Shown: positions 50,704 to 60,425, counted from the stretch's first letter. The stretch is 64,000 nt of DNA from an uncultured Gemmatimonadales bacterium (GCA_963748815.1 CAVVKJ010000005.1:416001-480000); one strand, 5' to 3'. Notes: generated by a model from the sequence alone, not told the origin. Numbers and translations: made by a program.

Positions 50704-52500
50704 GTGACCACTCCCCGATTTCACGGCCTGCAGGAATTCGTGCGCCACCTCGAGGCGCGCGGCGAGCTGTTGCGCGTCACCGCCGAAGTGGATCCGAAGT
50801 TCGAGGTCGCGGAGATCGTCCAGCGCGTGATCCGGCAGGATGGGCCGGCGCTGCTCTTCGAACGCGTGAAGGGTGCCGATTTCCCACTCGCCATGAACCT
50901 GTACGGTTCCGCTCGCCGGATGGAACTGGCCGTCGGGCGGCCGCCCGAGCAGATCGGGCGGGAACTGATCGAGACCTTTCAGCGGCTCAACCCGCCCTCG
51001 CTCGGCAGGTTCTGGGAGCTCCGCTCCACGCTCCTCAAGGCGCGGTTCATGCGTCCGCGGATGGTGAGCCGCGCGCCGGTGCAGGAGGTCATCGAGGCGC
51101 CGAAGCTCGATCGGCTGCCGAACCTCTGGAGCTGGCCGAGAGACGGCGGACCGTTCATCACCTTCGGGCCAACCATCACGCACAACCCGGCCAACGGAGT
51201 CCGGAACTTCGGCCTCTATCGGCTGCAGGTGTTCGACGAAGCGACCACCGGCATGCATTGGCAGAGCATGAAGGGGGGCCGGGGGCACCACCACGAGGCG
51301 GAGCGCCGCGGTGAGGCGCTGGAGGCCGCGGTTGTTCTCGGCGGCGACCCGATGACGATGCTGTCGGCGATTCTTCCCCTCCCCGAGGACTTCGACGAAC
51401 TGGGCCTGGCGGGGTTTCTCCGGGGGCGCGCCACCGAGTTCGTACGGGGCCGGAGCATCTCCATCCCGGTGCCGGCCAACGCCGACTTCATCCTTGAGGG
51501 AATGGTCCCCGCCGGCGAACGGCGCATGGAGGGGCCCTTCGGTGATCACTACGGGCACTACTCCGAGGCGTCGCCCTTCCCCGTTTTCCACGTCAAGACG
51601 GTGACGCGCCGGCGGGACGCGATCTACCCCGGCGCGGTGGTCGGGAAGCCGCCGCAGGAGGACAAGTGGATCGGCCTGGCCGCGGGCGAGATGATCGGGC
51701 CGCTGATCCGGGTCGTGAACCCAAACGTCGTGGACCTCTTCGCCAGCGACGACGCCGTCTTTCACAACCTCCTCACCGTGTCGGTGAAGGTCCGGCACCC
51801 GCTGGAGTCGTTCAAGACGGCGCTCAACCTCCTCGGGACCGGACAGCTGGCGCTCACCAAGTGCGTCGTGATGGTGCGGGATGACGTGCCGGTGCGGAGC
51901 TTCGGCCGGACGCTTCGGGAACTCTGGCACCGCTTCGACCCACGCGACCGGATGCTGCTGCTGCCGATCGCGCCGCTCGACACCCTCGACTACACCTCGT
52001 TCGAGATGCACGTGGGGAGCAAGCTGGTGCTCGATGCCACCGGCGAGGTGGTGACCGCCGATGCCCCGCCAACCCGCATCGAGGACCCGTCAGCCTTTGA
52101 CCGGCGGGTCGGTGCCCATCGCGTGCTGGACGGCGGCTTCGTCGTGGCCCAGGTCAGGAGTGAGCCGCGCGCCGTGCTCGAGAAGCTCCTCCGCTGGGAG
52201 GGGCTGGGCCCGGCCAAGTTCGTGGTGGCCGTGAGTGAGGATGTGGACCTCAACGACGAGGGAAACATCGTCTGGGGGATCTTCACCCGGTTCGACCCGG
52301 CGCGCGACATGATGTTCGAACGCCAGGAATTCGTCGGCGCCAAGCCGGTGTACGGGGGCCGCATCGCCATCGACGCCACCTGGAAACCCGGCTATCCGCC
52401 GCCGGTGACGATGCCGGAGGAGACCATCCAGCTTGTGGACCGCCGCTGGGGGGAGTACTTCGGGGATCGGCTCGAACGACGGGAACGCGGGAAGTGGTAG
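50704..52500 (+). CDS. ubiD: UbiD-family decarboxylase (menaquinone/futalosine pathway type)
   Basis: EGPFGDHYGHYS, VGKPPQED, LDTLDY, AIDATWK. Confidence 0.92.
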   Translation: MTTPRFHGLQEFVRHLEARGELLRVTAEVDPKFEVAEIVQRVIRQDGPALLFERVKGADFPLAMNLYGSARRMELAVGRPPEQIGRELIETFQRLNPPSLGRFWELRSTLLKARFMRPRMVSRAPVQEVIEAPKLDRLPNLWSWPRDGGPFITFGPTITHNPANGVRNFGLYRLQVFDEATTGMHWQSMKGGRGHHHEAERRGEALEAAVVLGGDPMTMLSAILPLPEDFDELGLAGFLRGRATEFVRGRSISIPVPANADFILEGMVPAGERRMEGPFGDHYGHYSEASPFPVFHVKTVTRRRDAIYPGAVVGKPPQEDKWIGLAAGEMIGPLIRVVNPNVVDLFASDDAVFHNLLTVSVKVRHPLESFKTALNLLGTGQLALTKCVVMVRDDVPVRSFGRTLRELWHRFDPRDRMLLLPIAPLDTLDYTSFEMHVGSKLVLDATGEVVTADAPPTRIEDPSAFDRRVGAHRVLDGGFVVAQVRSEPRAVLEKLLRWEGLGPAKFVVAVSEDVDLNDEGNIVWGIFTRFDPARDMMFERQEFVGAKPVYGGRIAIDATWKPGYPPPVTMPEETIQLVDRRWGEYFGDRLERRERGKW

Positions 52501-52504
52501 GTTC

Positions 52505-52542
52505 GAGGACTGAGGACTGAGGACTGAGGACTGAGGACTGAG
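52505..52542. repeat. tandem repeat (GAGGACT)x5
   Basis: Five perfect heptamers right after the ubiD stop. Confidence 0.95.
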
Positions 52543-52555
52543 AATGGAGCATCGC

Positions 52556-52705
52556 ATGAGGGAACGTGAGAGCCTGATTCCCGCGCCCAAGCAGCCCGGG
52601 ATTCCCAAGAAGGGGGCGCCCCCTGTCCAGAAGCGCACTCCGCCGCCGCCGAGGCCGCCTGCTCATCCGGTGCGGTCCCCGACGTCGAATCGGAGAGGCG
52701 GGTGA
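52556..52705 (+). CDS. putative 49-aa Pro/Arg/Lys-rich small protein
   Basis: GGAG RBS; MRERESLIPAPKQPGIPKKGAPPVQKRTPPPPRPPAHPVRSPTSNRRGG; stop overlaps the ubiX GTG. Confidence 0.4.
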   Translation: MRERESLIPAPKQPGIPKKGAPPVQKRTPPPPRPPAHPVRSPTSNRRGG

Positions 52706-53298
52706 GCCAGCTCCCGATCGTGATGGCGGTGTCCGGCGCGTCGGGGGCCCCCTATGCGGTGCGTCTCCTCGAGGTGCTGGCCACCCGAAAGGTGCCGGTG
52801 TGGCTCATCGTGACGAGTCACGGCCAGCGGTTGCTCGAGGCGGAGTGCGGCATTTCCGACCTCGACGAGCTGCAGCATGCTTCCGGGGGCGACTGGAGCA
52901 GCGTCACGGTGTACCCCGACACCGATCGTGGCGCCAAGCCGGCCTCCGGGTCCGCCAGGTGGGCCGGCATGGTCATCTGTCCCTGCTCCATGGGAACCGT
53001 CTCGGCGATCGCGCAGGGGTCGAGTCGATCGCTGGTGGAGCGCGCCGCGGACGTGGCGCTCAAGGAACGACGCAAGCTCATCGTTGTCCCCCGTGAAACA
53101 CCGCTGTCCTTGATACACCTGCGGAATCTGACCACGCTGACCGAGGCCGGCGGGGTCGTCATCCCTGCGGCACCCGGTTTCTACCACCGCCCGACCGCCA
53201 TCAGCGAGTTGGTGGACTTCATCGTGCAGCGGGTGCTCGACCAGCTGGACCTGGGCATCGACATCGCGCCGCGCTGGGGCGGGGACGAACCGGGCTAG
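52702..53298 (+). CDS. ubiX: flavin prenyltransferase
   Basis: SGASGAPY, ASGS, PCSMGT, RAADVALKERR, RETPL, PGFYHRP. Confidence 0.95.
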   Translation: MSQLPIVMAVSGASGAPYAVRLLEVLATRKVPVWLIVTSHGQRLLEAECGISDLDELQHASGGDWSSVTVYPDTDRGAKPASGSARWAGMVICPCSMGTVSAIAQGSSRSLVERAADVALKERRKLIVVPRETPLSLIHLRNLTTLTEAGGVVIPAAPGFYHRPTAISELVDFIVQRVLDQLDLGIDIAPRWGGDEPG

Positions 53299-53320
53299 GG
53301 CGCCTGCAGCGAGCTGAATC

Positions 53321-53373
53321 CACGAAAGCACGAAAGCTCGAAAGTACCTCCGAGGCGATTTCGTGCTTTCGTG
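53321..53373. repeat. CACGAAAG-based inverted repeat (15-bp perfect arms), possible terminator or REP-like element
   Basis: CACGAAAGCACGAAA (53321-53335) versus TTTCGTGCTTTCGTG (53359-53373), followed by a T run. Confidence 0.75.
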
Positions 53374-53393
53374 AATGCTTTTTGGGGGGACGT

Positions 53394-53885
53394 ATGCGCC
53401 TTGGGATCATCTCGGATACGCACGGGTTGCTCAGACCAGAAGTCTTCGAGGTGTTCCGCGAGGTGGATCACATCCTCCACGCCGGGGACATCGGCCCGCT
53501 CGACATCCTGACCGAGCTGGAGGCGATTGCCCCGGTGACGGCCGTCTACGGCAACACCGATGACTGGGATGTGCGCGCGAAGGTGCCGCAGGTGGCGGAA
53601 CTGGAGCTGGAGGGCATCCGGATCGTGGTGACGCACGGCAATCAGTTCGGGAGCCCCACGCCGGAAGCGTTGAACGCGGCCTTTCCCGACGCCGACGTGC
53701 TCATCTTCGGGCACACCCACCGCCCGCTCCTTGCCACCGTCGACATCACGGTCACGGCCATGAACCCCGGCGGGGCAGGGGCCCGGCGCTTCGACCTTCC
53801 GCCCTCGGTGGGGATCATGGAACTGGAGGCCGGCCTCCCGCCGCGAGCGCGCCTGGTGCCTCTGCTCGCGGCCGGAGATGCCTAG
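53394..53885 (+). CDS. YfcE/MJ0936-type metallophosphoesterase
   Basis: ISDTHG, HAGD, GNTD, THG, GHTH, NPG. Confidence 0.9.
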   Translation: MRLGIISDTHGLLRPEVFEVFREVDHILHAGDIGPLDILTELEAIAPVTAVYGNTDDWDVRAKVPQVAELELEGIRIVVTHGNQFGSPTPEALNAAFPDADVLIFGHTHRPLLATVDITVTAMNPGGAGARRFDLPPSVGIMELEAGLPPRARLVPLLAAGDA

Positions 53886-54386
53886 CTAGTCCTGCTCTGG
53901 ATCGATCGGCGGCGCCTGGCTGGCCGGGTTGATGCCGATGCCCCAAATCTCCCCGTTCACGATGACCCACCGAATCATGATCGGCTCCGGGGACATCGAA
54001 AAGTCCGCCGTGCGCCAGTACTGCGGGTTCCCCTTCCGCATCACCACCATCTCGCCGAGCAGCTTCGTCTCTTCCCCGATCTGGGCCGAGAACTGGTCCC
54101 ATTGGGCGGCCATCGCATCGGGGCTTTCCATGTCGGCGCGGGTCTCTTCGCTCATATGGGCGAACAGGCTGTCGAACCGTGCGGTGTAGAGCCACTCGAT
54201 GTACTTCCTGCCCAGCTCCATCTCGTTGCCCACCCTGGGATGGACCGCGGGGGCCGGGGCCGGGGCCGGGGCCGCGCTGGCGGTGGCACTGGTGGTGGCC
54301 GAGGCGGCCGGGGCTGGGGTCTGGGCCCAGGCGAGGCTGGGCGCGGCCATCAGGGCCGCCGAGAGGAGCGCGTTGCGAACGGACAT
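53886..54386 (-). CDS. hypothetical secreted protein with Ala/Pro linker
   Basis: Signal peptide ending SLAWA; AGAGG RBS. Confidence 0.7.
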   Translation of the reverse strand: MSVRNALLSAALMAAPSLAWAQTPAPAASATTSATASAAPAPAPAPAVHPRVGNEMELGRKYIEWLYTARFDSLFAHMSEETRADMESPDAMAAQWDQFSAQIGEETKLLGEMVVMRKGNPQYWRTADFSMSPEPIMIRWVIVNGEIWGIGINPASQAPPIDPEQD

Positions 54387-54420
54387 GGGAACCTCTGTTT
54401 GGGTTGGGTGACCAGCCCAA

Positions 54421-54446
54421 TACGGAGGTGTTTCGAGATAGTTTCA
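54421..54446 (-). promoter_or_regulatory. SigW-type ECF promoter
   Basis: Minus strand TGAAAC-N16-CGTA, 35 nt upstream of the 54386 start. Confidence 0.6.
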
Positions 54447-54466
54447 GGATGGAACAGCGTGGCGGC

Positions 54467-55567
54467 TCAGGTGGTCGCCGACCACTCCTCCAGCGCTGTC
54501 GTCCGCTTCAGTGCTTCGGGGTGCACCCGGAACCACGACATCAGCAGCAGGATCTCGTCGATCGCCTCGAGAGGGAGCGGCCCCGCCGCCGGTTCCTCGC
54601 GCGCCAGCTCCTCCTTGACCACCGCTCCGAACGCAATCCGCTCGATCGGCGTCGTCGGGTAGGGAAAGCAGGCGCGCACCGTTCCGCGCCGAATGAGGTA
54701 AGCCCGGTCGTCGCCAAACACGCCCGGATCCCGGTAGATGAAGGTGAGCAGGTCCACTGCGGCCCGGGAACGCGCCGTCGCAGCCAGTAGCCATTCCAGT
54801 TGTTCGAATCGCTCCCGCCACTTGGCGGCCCGCTCGTAATCCCGCGCGACCGCGGCGTCCTGCATGGAGGATATGGCGCGGTCGATCGGCTGCACCGTCC
54901 GGCCTTCGAGAAACGCGGCAGCCGTCTCGATCCGGCGGTGGTAGTCCACCTCGCTGACCAGCCCGGCGCAGGGGCCGGTGCACTGCCCGAGTTCGTGCCG
55001 GTGACAGGCCGCCTGGGTGGCGGCGACAAAGAGGTCTCCCTGGTCCGCAAAGACGATCGGCATGCGTGCTTCGCAGTCGCGCAGGCCGAGCAGATCGTTC
55101 AGGACGCGGAGCGCCTCCTCCACCCGCCCGCGAGAGCGAAAGGGGCCGTACACCCGGCCGTCCTGCCGTCCGATCGTCGCGCCCTGGTAGACCTTGGGCG
55201 CCGGCGAGTCGAGAATTTTCACGAATACGGCCCGCCGGGTCCGGTTCATGGCCACGTTGAACGGCGGGCGGAACTGCCGGATCTGCCGGAGCTCGCCGAG
55301 GCAGGCGGCGAAGTCGCTGTGCACGTAATCCCAGGAGATGTCGCCGGCGGCGTGGAGTATCCGCGCCGCCTTGTCCTCCGGGAAGCTGGCACGGAAGTAG
55401 GTCATGAGCCGGGCGCGGAGTCGTTTCGCCTTGCCCACGTACAACAACCGCCCCGCCGGGTCCGTCATCCGGTACACCGCCGGCCGGTTCTCGGCGACCA
55501 GGCGCACCCGCTCCCGGAGGGCGCCGAGGTCGGTGGAGGCGAGGGGGAGGGCAGCGAGCTGCGACAT
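54467..55567 (-). CDS. UvrC-like (Cho-type) GIY-YIG endonuclease with UVR domain
   Basis: PAVYRM...LLYVGKAKRLRARLMTYF, PPFN, Cys cluster, DYERAAKWR; no RNase H/HhH C-terminus. Confidence 0.85.
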   Translation of the reverse strand: MSQLAALPLASTDLGALRERVRLVAENRPAVYRMTDPAGRLLYVGKAKRLRARLMTYFRASFPEDKAARILHAAGDISWDYVHSDFAACLGELRQIRQFRPPFNVAMNRTRRAVFVKILDSPAPKVYQGATIGRQDGRVYGPFRSRGRVEEALRVLNDLLGLRDCEARMPIVFADQGDLFVAATQAACHRHELGQCTGPCAGLVSEVDYHRRIETAAAFLEGRTVQPIDRAISSMQDAAVARDYERAAKWRERFEQLEWLLAATARSRAAVDLLTFIYRDPGVFGDDRAYLIRRGTVRACFPYPTTPIERIAFGAVVKEELAREEPAAGPLPLEAIDEILLLMSWFRVHPEALKRTTALEEWSATT

Positions 55568-56391
55568 CAGACCTGGCAGCGGTGACAGAAGACAGTGATG
55601 CGGGCGTCGAGCGCATGGGTGCCGGCGAGGGTCGTGCCGCAATGGACGCAGGGCTCCCCTTCGCGGCCGTACACCAGGTGCGAGAGCTGGAACCTGCCCT
55701 GCTCGCCGGTGCCGGTCCGGTAGTCCCGGACCGTGCTGCCCCGGCCCGACACCGCCGCCGACAGAATTCGATCCAGCTCCCGGTGCAGCGCCTCCCACTC
55801 CGGTGGCGACAGCCGCACCGCTTCGCGGGAGGGATCGATGCCGGCGGCAAAGAGCGCCTCGTTCGCGTAGATGTTGCCCACGCCGGCCAGGAGCCTCTGG
55901 TCCATCAGCGCCTTCTTGATCGATTGCCTGGTCCGGCCCAGCGCCGAGCGCATCGTATCGGACGTGAATCCTTCGGCCAGCGGCTCCGGCCCGATGGCGG
56001 CGTCATAGTCGGCCCACCCCTTGGCGTCGAGCCAGAGGAGGGTGCCGAGCCGCCGCACGTCGCGATAGACCAGGGTGCGCCCGTCGTCCAGCTCGGCGCG
56101 GAGCACCGCGTACCGGGCCTCCTGGCCCTCCAGAGGGCCCTTGTGCACCAGGAGGGCCCCGGTCATTCCCGGCTGCACGACGAGGCGGCGCCCGCCCAGC
56201 ACGAAGATCGCGTGCTTGGCGCGGCGGAAGAGGTCCTCGATCCGGGCGCCGGCCAGTCCACGGAGCAGCGTGGGGCGGGTGACGCCCCGCAGGACATCGG
56301 TGTGGGAGAGGGCGGCGCGCACGATGGTCCGGCCCAGGACCGCGGGCCGGATGTCGCGCACGATGGTTTCGACTTCGGGAAGTTCAGGCAC
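55567..56391 (-). CDS. mutM: formamidopyrimidine-DNA glycosylase
   Basis: MPELPEVET, DVRRLG, AGVGNIYANE, C-terminal zinc finger. Confidence 0.96.
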   Translation of the reverse strand: MPELPEVETIVRDIRPAVLGRTIVRAALSHTDVLRGVTRPTLLRGLAGARIEDLFRRAKHAIFVLGGRRLVVQPGMTGALLVHKGPLEGQEARYAVLRAELDDGRTLVYRDVRRLGTLLWLDAKGWADYDAAIGPEPLAEGFTSDTMRSALGRTRQSIKKALMDQRLLAGVGNIYANEALFAAGIDPSREAVRLSPPEWEALHRELDRILSAAVSGRGSTVRDYRTGTGEQGRFQLSHLVYGREGEPCVHCGTTLAGTHALDARITVFCHRCQV

Positions 56392-56415
56392 GCCTGATCG
56401 GCCCCGTCTCCGACG

Positions 56416-56775
56416 TCACGGGTTGACGGTGATCGTTCCCACCATGGTGGGGTGGATGGAGCAATGATAGGCGTAGATGCCGGGGGTGTCGAAGGCGAAT
56501 GTGTACGTGCCCCCCTGCCCCAGCGCGGCCGAGCCGAACACGCCGTTCTCCTCGGTCACCGTGTGGTCGATGTTGTCGTTGTTTCGCCACTTGACGGACT
56601 GCTTGGCAGCCAGGCTGATGGTCAAATCGGGGGGAGCGTAGGCGTTGGCGCCGAGGCCGGACGCGCCGGTGACGATCAACACATCCGCTGGTGCCGCGAT
56701 GGGAGGGCTTGTGGAGTCCTCTCCCCCACAGGCGAGCAGGAGTAAGGTGGCGAGCGCCAGGGGAGCAATTCGCAT
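56416..56775 (-). CDS. plastocyanin/cupredoxin family lipoprotein
   Basis: Lipobox LLAC; type-1 Cu ligands HTVT...YHCSIHPTM. Confidence 0.85.
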   Translation of the reverse strand: MRIAPLALATLLLLACGGEDSTSPPIAAPADVLIVTGASGLGANAYAPPDLTISLAAKQSVKWRNNDNIDHTVTEENGVFGSAALGQGGTYTFAFDTPGIYAYHCSIHPTMVGTITVNP

Positions 56776-56846
56776 GGGGACCTCCAGAGAGGTGGAGCCG
56801 CTGTCGAATGCTAAAGTGACGATCCAATCGGGGATAGCCCCACCGG

Positions 56847-58154
56847 TCAGGCCTCCCCTCCCCGCGTTCCTGCGTCCCCGCCCGCCTGCCGCCGGGCTTC
56901 CCGCCATCCGATATCGCGGCGCCACAGTTTTCCGTCGAAGGCGATGGCCTCGGCCCCGGCCCGGCTCCCGGCCTGGGCCGCCGCGAAGGTGGGCGCCACC
57001 GCCGTCACGTTCAGCACGCGGCCTCCCGCGACCCGAAGCACACCCGACGGATCGACGGCGGTGCCGGCGTGGAAGACGGTCACCCCCTCCGGGAGTGCGG
57101 CCGGCAACGTGATCGCCGCCCCTTTCTCGGGGGCATCCGGATAGCCACGGGCGGCCAGCACCGTCGTGACGGAGGCGCCTGGCCGCACGCGCAGCTGGCC
57201 GGCGGGCTTCCTCTCGGCCACGCGGACCAGGGCATCCGTGAGGCCCCCTTCCAGCATCGGCAGGACGACCTGCGTTTCGGGATCACCGAACCGGCAGTTG
57301 AACTCCACCACGAACGGCGCGCCGTCCGGGCTCACCATGATCCCGGCGTACAGGCACCCTTCGAAGCGCGCACCGCGGCGCTCGAGTTCGGCGAGGGCCG
57401 GGACCATGACGTCCTTCCGGATCCGTTCCAGCAGCGCGGGGGTCGCGGGAGTGACGGGCGCGTAGGCGCCCATGCCGCCGGTGTTCGGTCCGGTGTCTCC
57501 CTCACCGAGTCGTTTGTGGTCCTGCGACGCGGGGAGGAGCGTGACCTCCTCGCCGTTGGTGAGGCCGAGCACCGAGAGTTCCTCGCCCACGAGGAACGCC
57601 TCGATGACCACGGTCCGGCCGGCGTCGCCGAAGCGCCCCTCTCCCAGCATTGCCCGCACCGCGGCCGACGCCTCACGCCGGGTGGCACAGACGATTGCCC
57701 CCTTCCCGGCGGCCAGGCCGGAGGCCTTCACGACCAGTGGCTCGGCGTGCGCGTCGATGTAGGCGAGCGCCTGGGCCAGGTCCGAACAGGTGTGGCTGGC
57801 CGCGGTCGGGATCCCGGCCGACTCCATCACATCCTTGGAGAACGCCTTGGAAGCCTCGATCGCTGCCGCCGCGGCGGAGGGACCGAACACCAGACGCCCG
57901 CGTGCCCGGAGGCGGTCGGCAAGGCCGAGCGCCAGCGGGACTTCGGGTCCGATGATGGTGAGATCGAAGGCGCCTGACACCGCCGCCTCGGTGAGGCGGT
58001 CGATGTGGTCGGCGGGAATCGGGAGGAGGGTGGCGAGAGCGGCGAGCCCGGGGTTGCCTGGGGCGGCACTGAGTCGGACGGCGGGGTTTTCACGGTGCAG
58101 CGCCCAGGCGATGGCGTGCTCCCGGCCCCCGCCGCCGACGATCAGGACCTTCAC
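56847..58154 (-). CDS. purD: phosphoribosylamine--glycine ligase
   Basis: GGGGREHA, KASGLAAGKG, QDHKR, PNTGGMG, EFNCRFGDPE. Confidence 0.97.
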   Translation of the reverse strand: MKVLIVGGGGREHAIAWALHRENPAVRLSAAPGNPGLAALATLLPIPADHIDRLTEAAVSGAFDLTIIGPEVPLALGLADRLRARGRLVFGPSAAAAAIEASKAFSKDVMESAGIPTAASHTCSDLAQALAYIDAHAEPLVVKASGLAAGKGAIVCATRREASAAVRAMLGEGRFGDAGRTVVIEAFLVGEELSVLGLTNGEEVTLLPASQDHKRLGEGDTGPNTGGMGAYAPVTPATPALLERIRKDVMVPALAELERRGARFEGCLYAGIMVSPDGAPFVVEFNCRFGDPETQVVLPMLEGGLTDALVRVAERKPAGQLRVRPGASVTTVLAARGYPDAPEKGAAITLPAALPEGVTVFHAGTAVDPSGVLRVAGGRVLNVTAVAPTFAAAQAGSRAGAEAIAFDGKLWRRDIGWREARRQAGGDAGTRGGEA

Positions 58155-59179
58155 GCGCTCGAGCCGCGCTTCTGCGCGTTGCGAAACGCCTCGGCGGCCT
58201 TGGTGGCGGTGCTCCGGACGGCCTCGCCGACCTGCTGGCCGAAGTCCTTGGCGGCATCGGCGTAGTACTCCTTGGCGTCCTTCCAGTGCTCGCCGAGCGG
58301 GCGCTGGTCCTCCGGGCTTCCGCGACGGACATACTCGCCGGCCAGGATCCGCTCGTAGTCGCCCGCCGCCACCCACTTCTGGACCTCGGCGGCGCGCACC
58401 GTGTGCATCGGGTGCGTCACGCCGAGGGTGTGGAGCACCTTGTAGACGATGTCGAGACCCTCGTTGGTGTTGACGTACTCGTGGGCCTGCGCCATGAAGG
58501 CGTCGAGGTTCAGGTCGGCGTCGGTGAAGAAGTCGCCGCGCCCGCCGCCCGCCATCTTCAGGTCGAGGCGCTGTGCCACCATGACATCCTGCACGCCGAG
58601 GAGCCCGGCGCGGTCGGCGGAGAGCTCCGCTTTCCGGCTCCATTCCAGGAACGCCAGCTTCACCGGCAGCAGGGCGATGCCCGCGAACATCGGCAGGGCG
58701 CCGAGACTGACCAGCGCGAGGATGGCGGCGATGGTCCGGTACAGGGCGTGGCCGCTCATCACATGCCCGAGTTCATGGGCGAGGAGGGTCAGGATCTCGT
58801 CCTCGTCGAGAATCTCGAGGGCGGCGGAGTGGAGCACGATGAAGGGGTCGTCGACGCCATACGCGCCGGCGTTGAAGATTGGCGTCTGGGTGACGTACAC
58901 CTCGGGAATCTTGTCCCACCCGAAGGTGGCGCAGTTCTCGACGTGCATGTGCCAGAGCCGGGGGAACTGGGTCGGGCCGACCCGGACGGCGTTGGCCTGG
59001 AAGAGCAGGCGGATCCCGCGTTCGCCGCCGAGGAGGGCCAGGATCTTCCGGATGACCTCGTCGACTCCCGGCAGGGCACGGAGCGCCTGGAGGGCCGCCC
59101 GGTCGGCGGGATGCTCCCAGCTCACGGGAGCGATGTCTGGCAGCGTGCGGCGGGGCCGCGGGGCGGGCAGGTTCGACAT
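58151..59179 (-). CDS. M48 family metallopeptidase (HtpX/Ste24-like)
   Basis: NAGAYG, LAHELGH, ELSADRAG, THP. Confidence 0.9.
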   Translation of the reverse strand: MSNLPAPRPRRTLPDIAPVSWEHPADRAALQALRALPGVDEVIRKILALLGGERGIRLLFQANAVRVGPTQFPRLWHMHVENCATFGWDKIPEVYVTQTPIFNAGAYGVDDPFIVLHSAALEILDEDEILTLLAHELGHVMSGHALYRTIAAILALVSLGALPMFAGIALLPVKLAFLEWSRKAELSADRAGLLGVQDVMVAQRLDLKMAGGGRGDFFTDADLNLDAFMAQAHEYVNTNEGLDIVYKVLHTLGVTHPMHTVRAAEVQKWVAAGDYERILAGEYVRRGSPEDQRPLGEHWKDAKEYYADAAKDFGQQVGEAVRSTATKAAEAFRNAQKRGSSA

Positions 59180-59209
59180 GTGATGAGCCTGGTTAAGGGA
59201 TCCCGCCCT

Positions 59210-59236
59210 TACGCCGGGCGAGCCCTGCTTGTTTCA
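59210..59236 (-). promoter_or_regulatory. SigW-type ECF promoter
   Basis: Minus strand TGAAAC-N17-CGTA, 31 nt upstream of the M48 peptidase start. Confidence 0.6.
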
Positions 59237-59258
59237 GAATGCTACAGGGCGGCCGCCC

Positions 59259-60425
59259 TCAGGCACTCAAGGCCTGGTCGAGGTCGGCGAGGAGGTCCTC
59301 CACGTCCTCAATCCCGCAGCTCAACCGGAGCAGGGAGTCGGTCAGCCCCATCGCGTCCCGCATCGCCGGCGGAACCGAGGCGTGAGTCATGCTCGCCGGA
59401 TGTCCCATCAGGCTCTCGACCCCGCCCAGCGACTCGGCGAGGACGAAAATCCGGGTCCGCTCGGCAATCCGGCGGGCACGGGCCGCATCGCCGACGTCGA
59501 ACGAAATCATCCCGCCGAACCCGCTCATCTGCCGCTTGGCCAGCTCGTGCTGCGGATGGGAGGCGAGGCCCGGGTAATAGACCCGCTGAACGTCCTTGCG
59601 GCCCTCCAGCCACTGTGCGACGGCCCGGCCGTTCGCGTCGTGTTGCCGCATTCGAAGCGGGAGGGTCTTGGTTCCGCGGAGCGCGAGGAAACAGTCCATC
59701 GGCCCCGGCACCGCGCCGGCGGCGTTCTGGATGAACCCGAACTGTTCGGCGAGATCGTCGCGCCGAGTGAGCAGGAGTCCCCCCACCATGTCGCTGTGGC
59801 CGTTGAGGTATTTCGTGGTGCTGTGGAGGACGACGTCGGCGCCGACTTCGAGCGGGCGCTGGAAGACCGGTGTGGCGAAGGTGTTGTCCACGGCGAAGAG
59901 GTAGCCGTGTGCCGTGGTCAAATCGCCGACGGCGGCGAGGTCGGTGAGCTGCATCATCGGGTTGGTGGGCGTCTCGCAGTAGATCATCCGGGTCTCGGGC
60001 CGGAGCGCGGCCTCGATGTTCCGGATGTCACGGCTGTCCACGAAGCTGAATCGGAGCCCGAACCGGGTGTAGATCCGCTCCATCAACCGGTGGCTGCCGC
60101 CGTAGAGATTTTCGCCGCAGACCACGTGGTCGCCGCTCTTCAGGACCTTGAGCAGCACGTCGAGCGCCGCCAGCCCCGACCCGTAGGCGAAGCCATGCGT
60201 GGCGCCCTCGAGGGCGGCCACGTTGCGCTCCAGCGCCTGGCGGGTCGGATTGTCGGTGCGCGCGTACTCGTAGCCCTTGTGCCGGCCGATCCCCTCCTGC
60301 ACGTAGGTGGAGGTCTGGTAGATGGGAGTCATGACCGCGCCCGAGAGCGGTTCCGGAACCTGACCGGCGTGTACGGCCCTGGTTCCCAGCCCTGATTCGA
60401 GGTCGTGCGGGAGAATCTGTGTCAT
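59259..60425 (-). CDS. cystathionine gamma-synthase/gamma-lyase family PLP enzyme
   Basis: PIYQTSTY, YARTDNPT, ETPTNP, HSTTKYLNGHSD, AESLGGVESL. Confidence 0.93.
   Translation of the reverse strand: MTQILPHDLESGLGTRAVHAGQVPEPLSGAVMTPIYQTSTYVQEGIGRHKGYEYARTDNPTRQALERNVAALEGATHGFAYGSGLAALDVLLKVLKSGDHVVCGENLYGGSHRLMERIYTRFGLRFSFVDSRDIRNIEAALRPETRMIYCETPTNPMMQLTDLAAVGDLTTAHGYLFAVDNTFATPVFQRPLEVGADVVLHSTTKYLNGHSDMVGGLLLTRRDDLAEQFGFIQNAAGAVPGPMDCFLALRGTKTLPLRMRQHDANGRAVAQWLEGRKDVQRVYYPGLASHPQHELAKRQMSGFGGMISFDVGDAARARRIAERTRIFVLAESLGGVESLMGHPASMTHASVPPAMRDAMGLTDSLLRLSCGIEDVEDLLADLDQALSA

Noticed and set aside
52505..52542. CRISPR array
   Set aside because: Spacerless short tandem repeats; no cas genes in the window
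54249..54273. (GGGGCC)x4 repeat
   Set aside because: Encodes the Ala-Pro linker of the secreted protein
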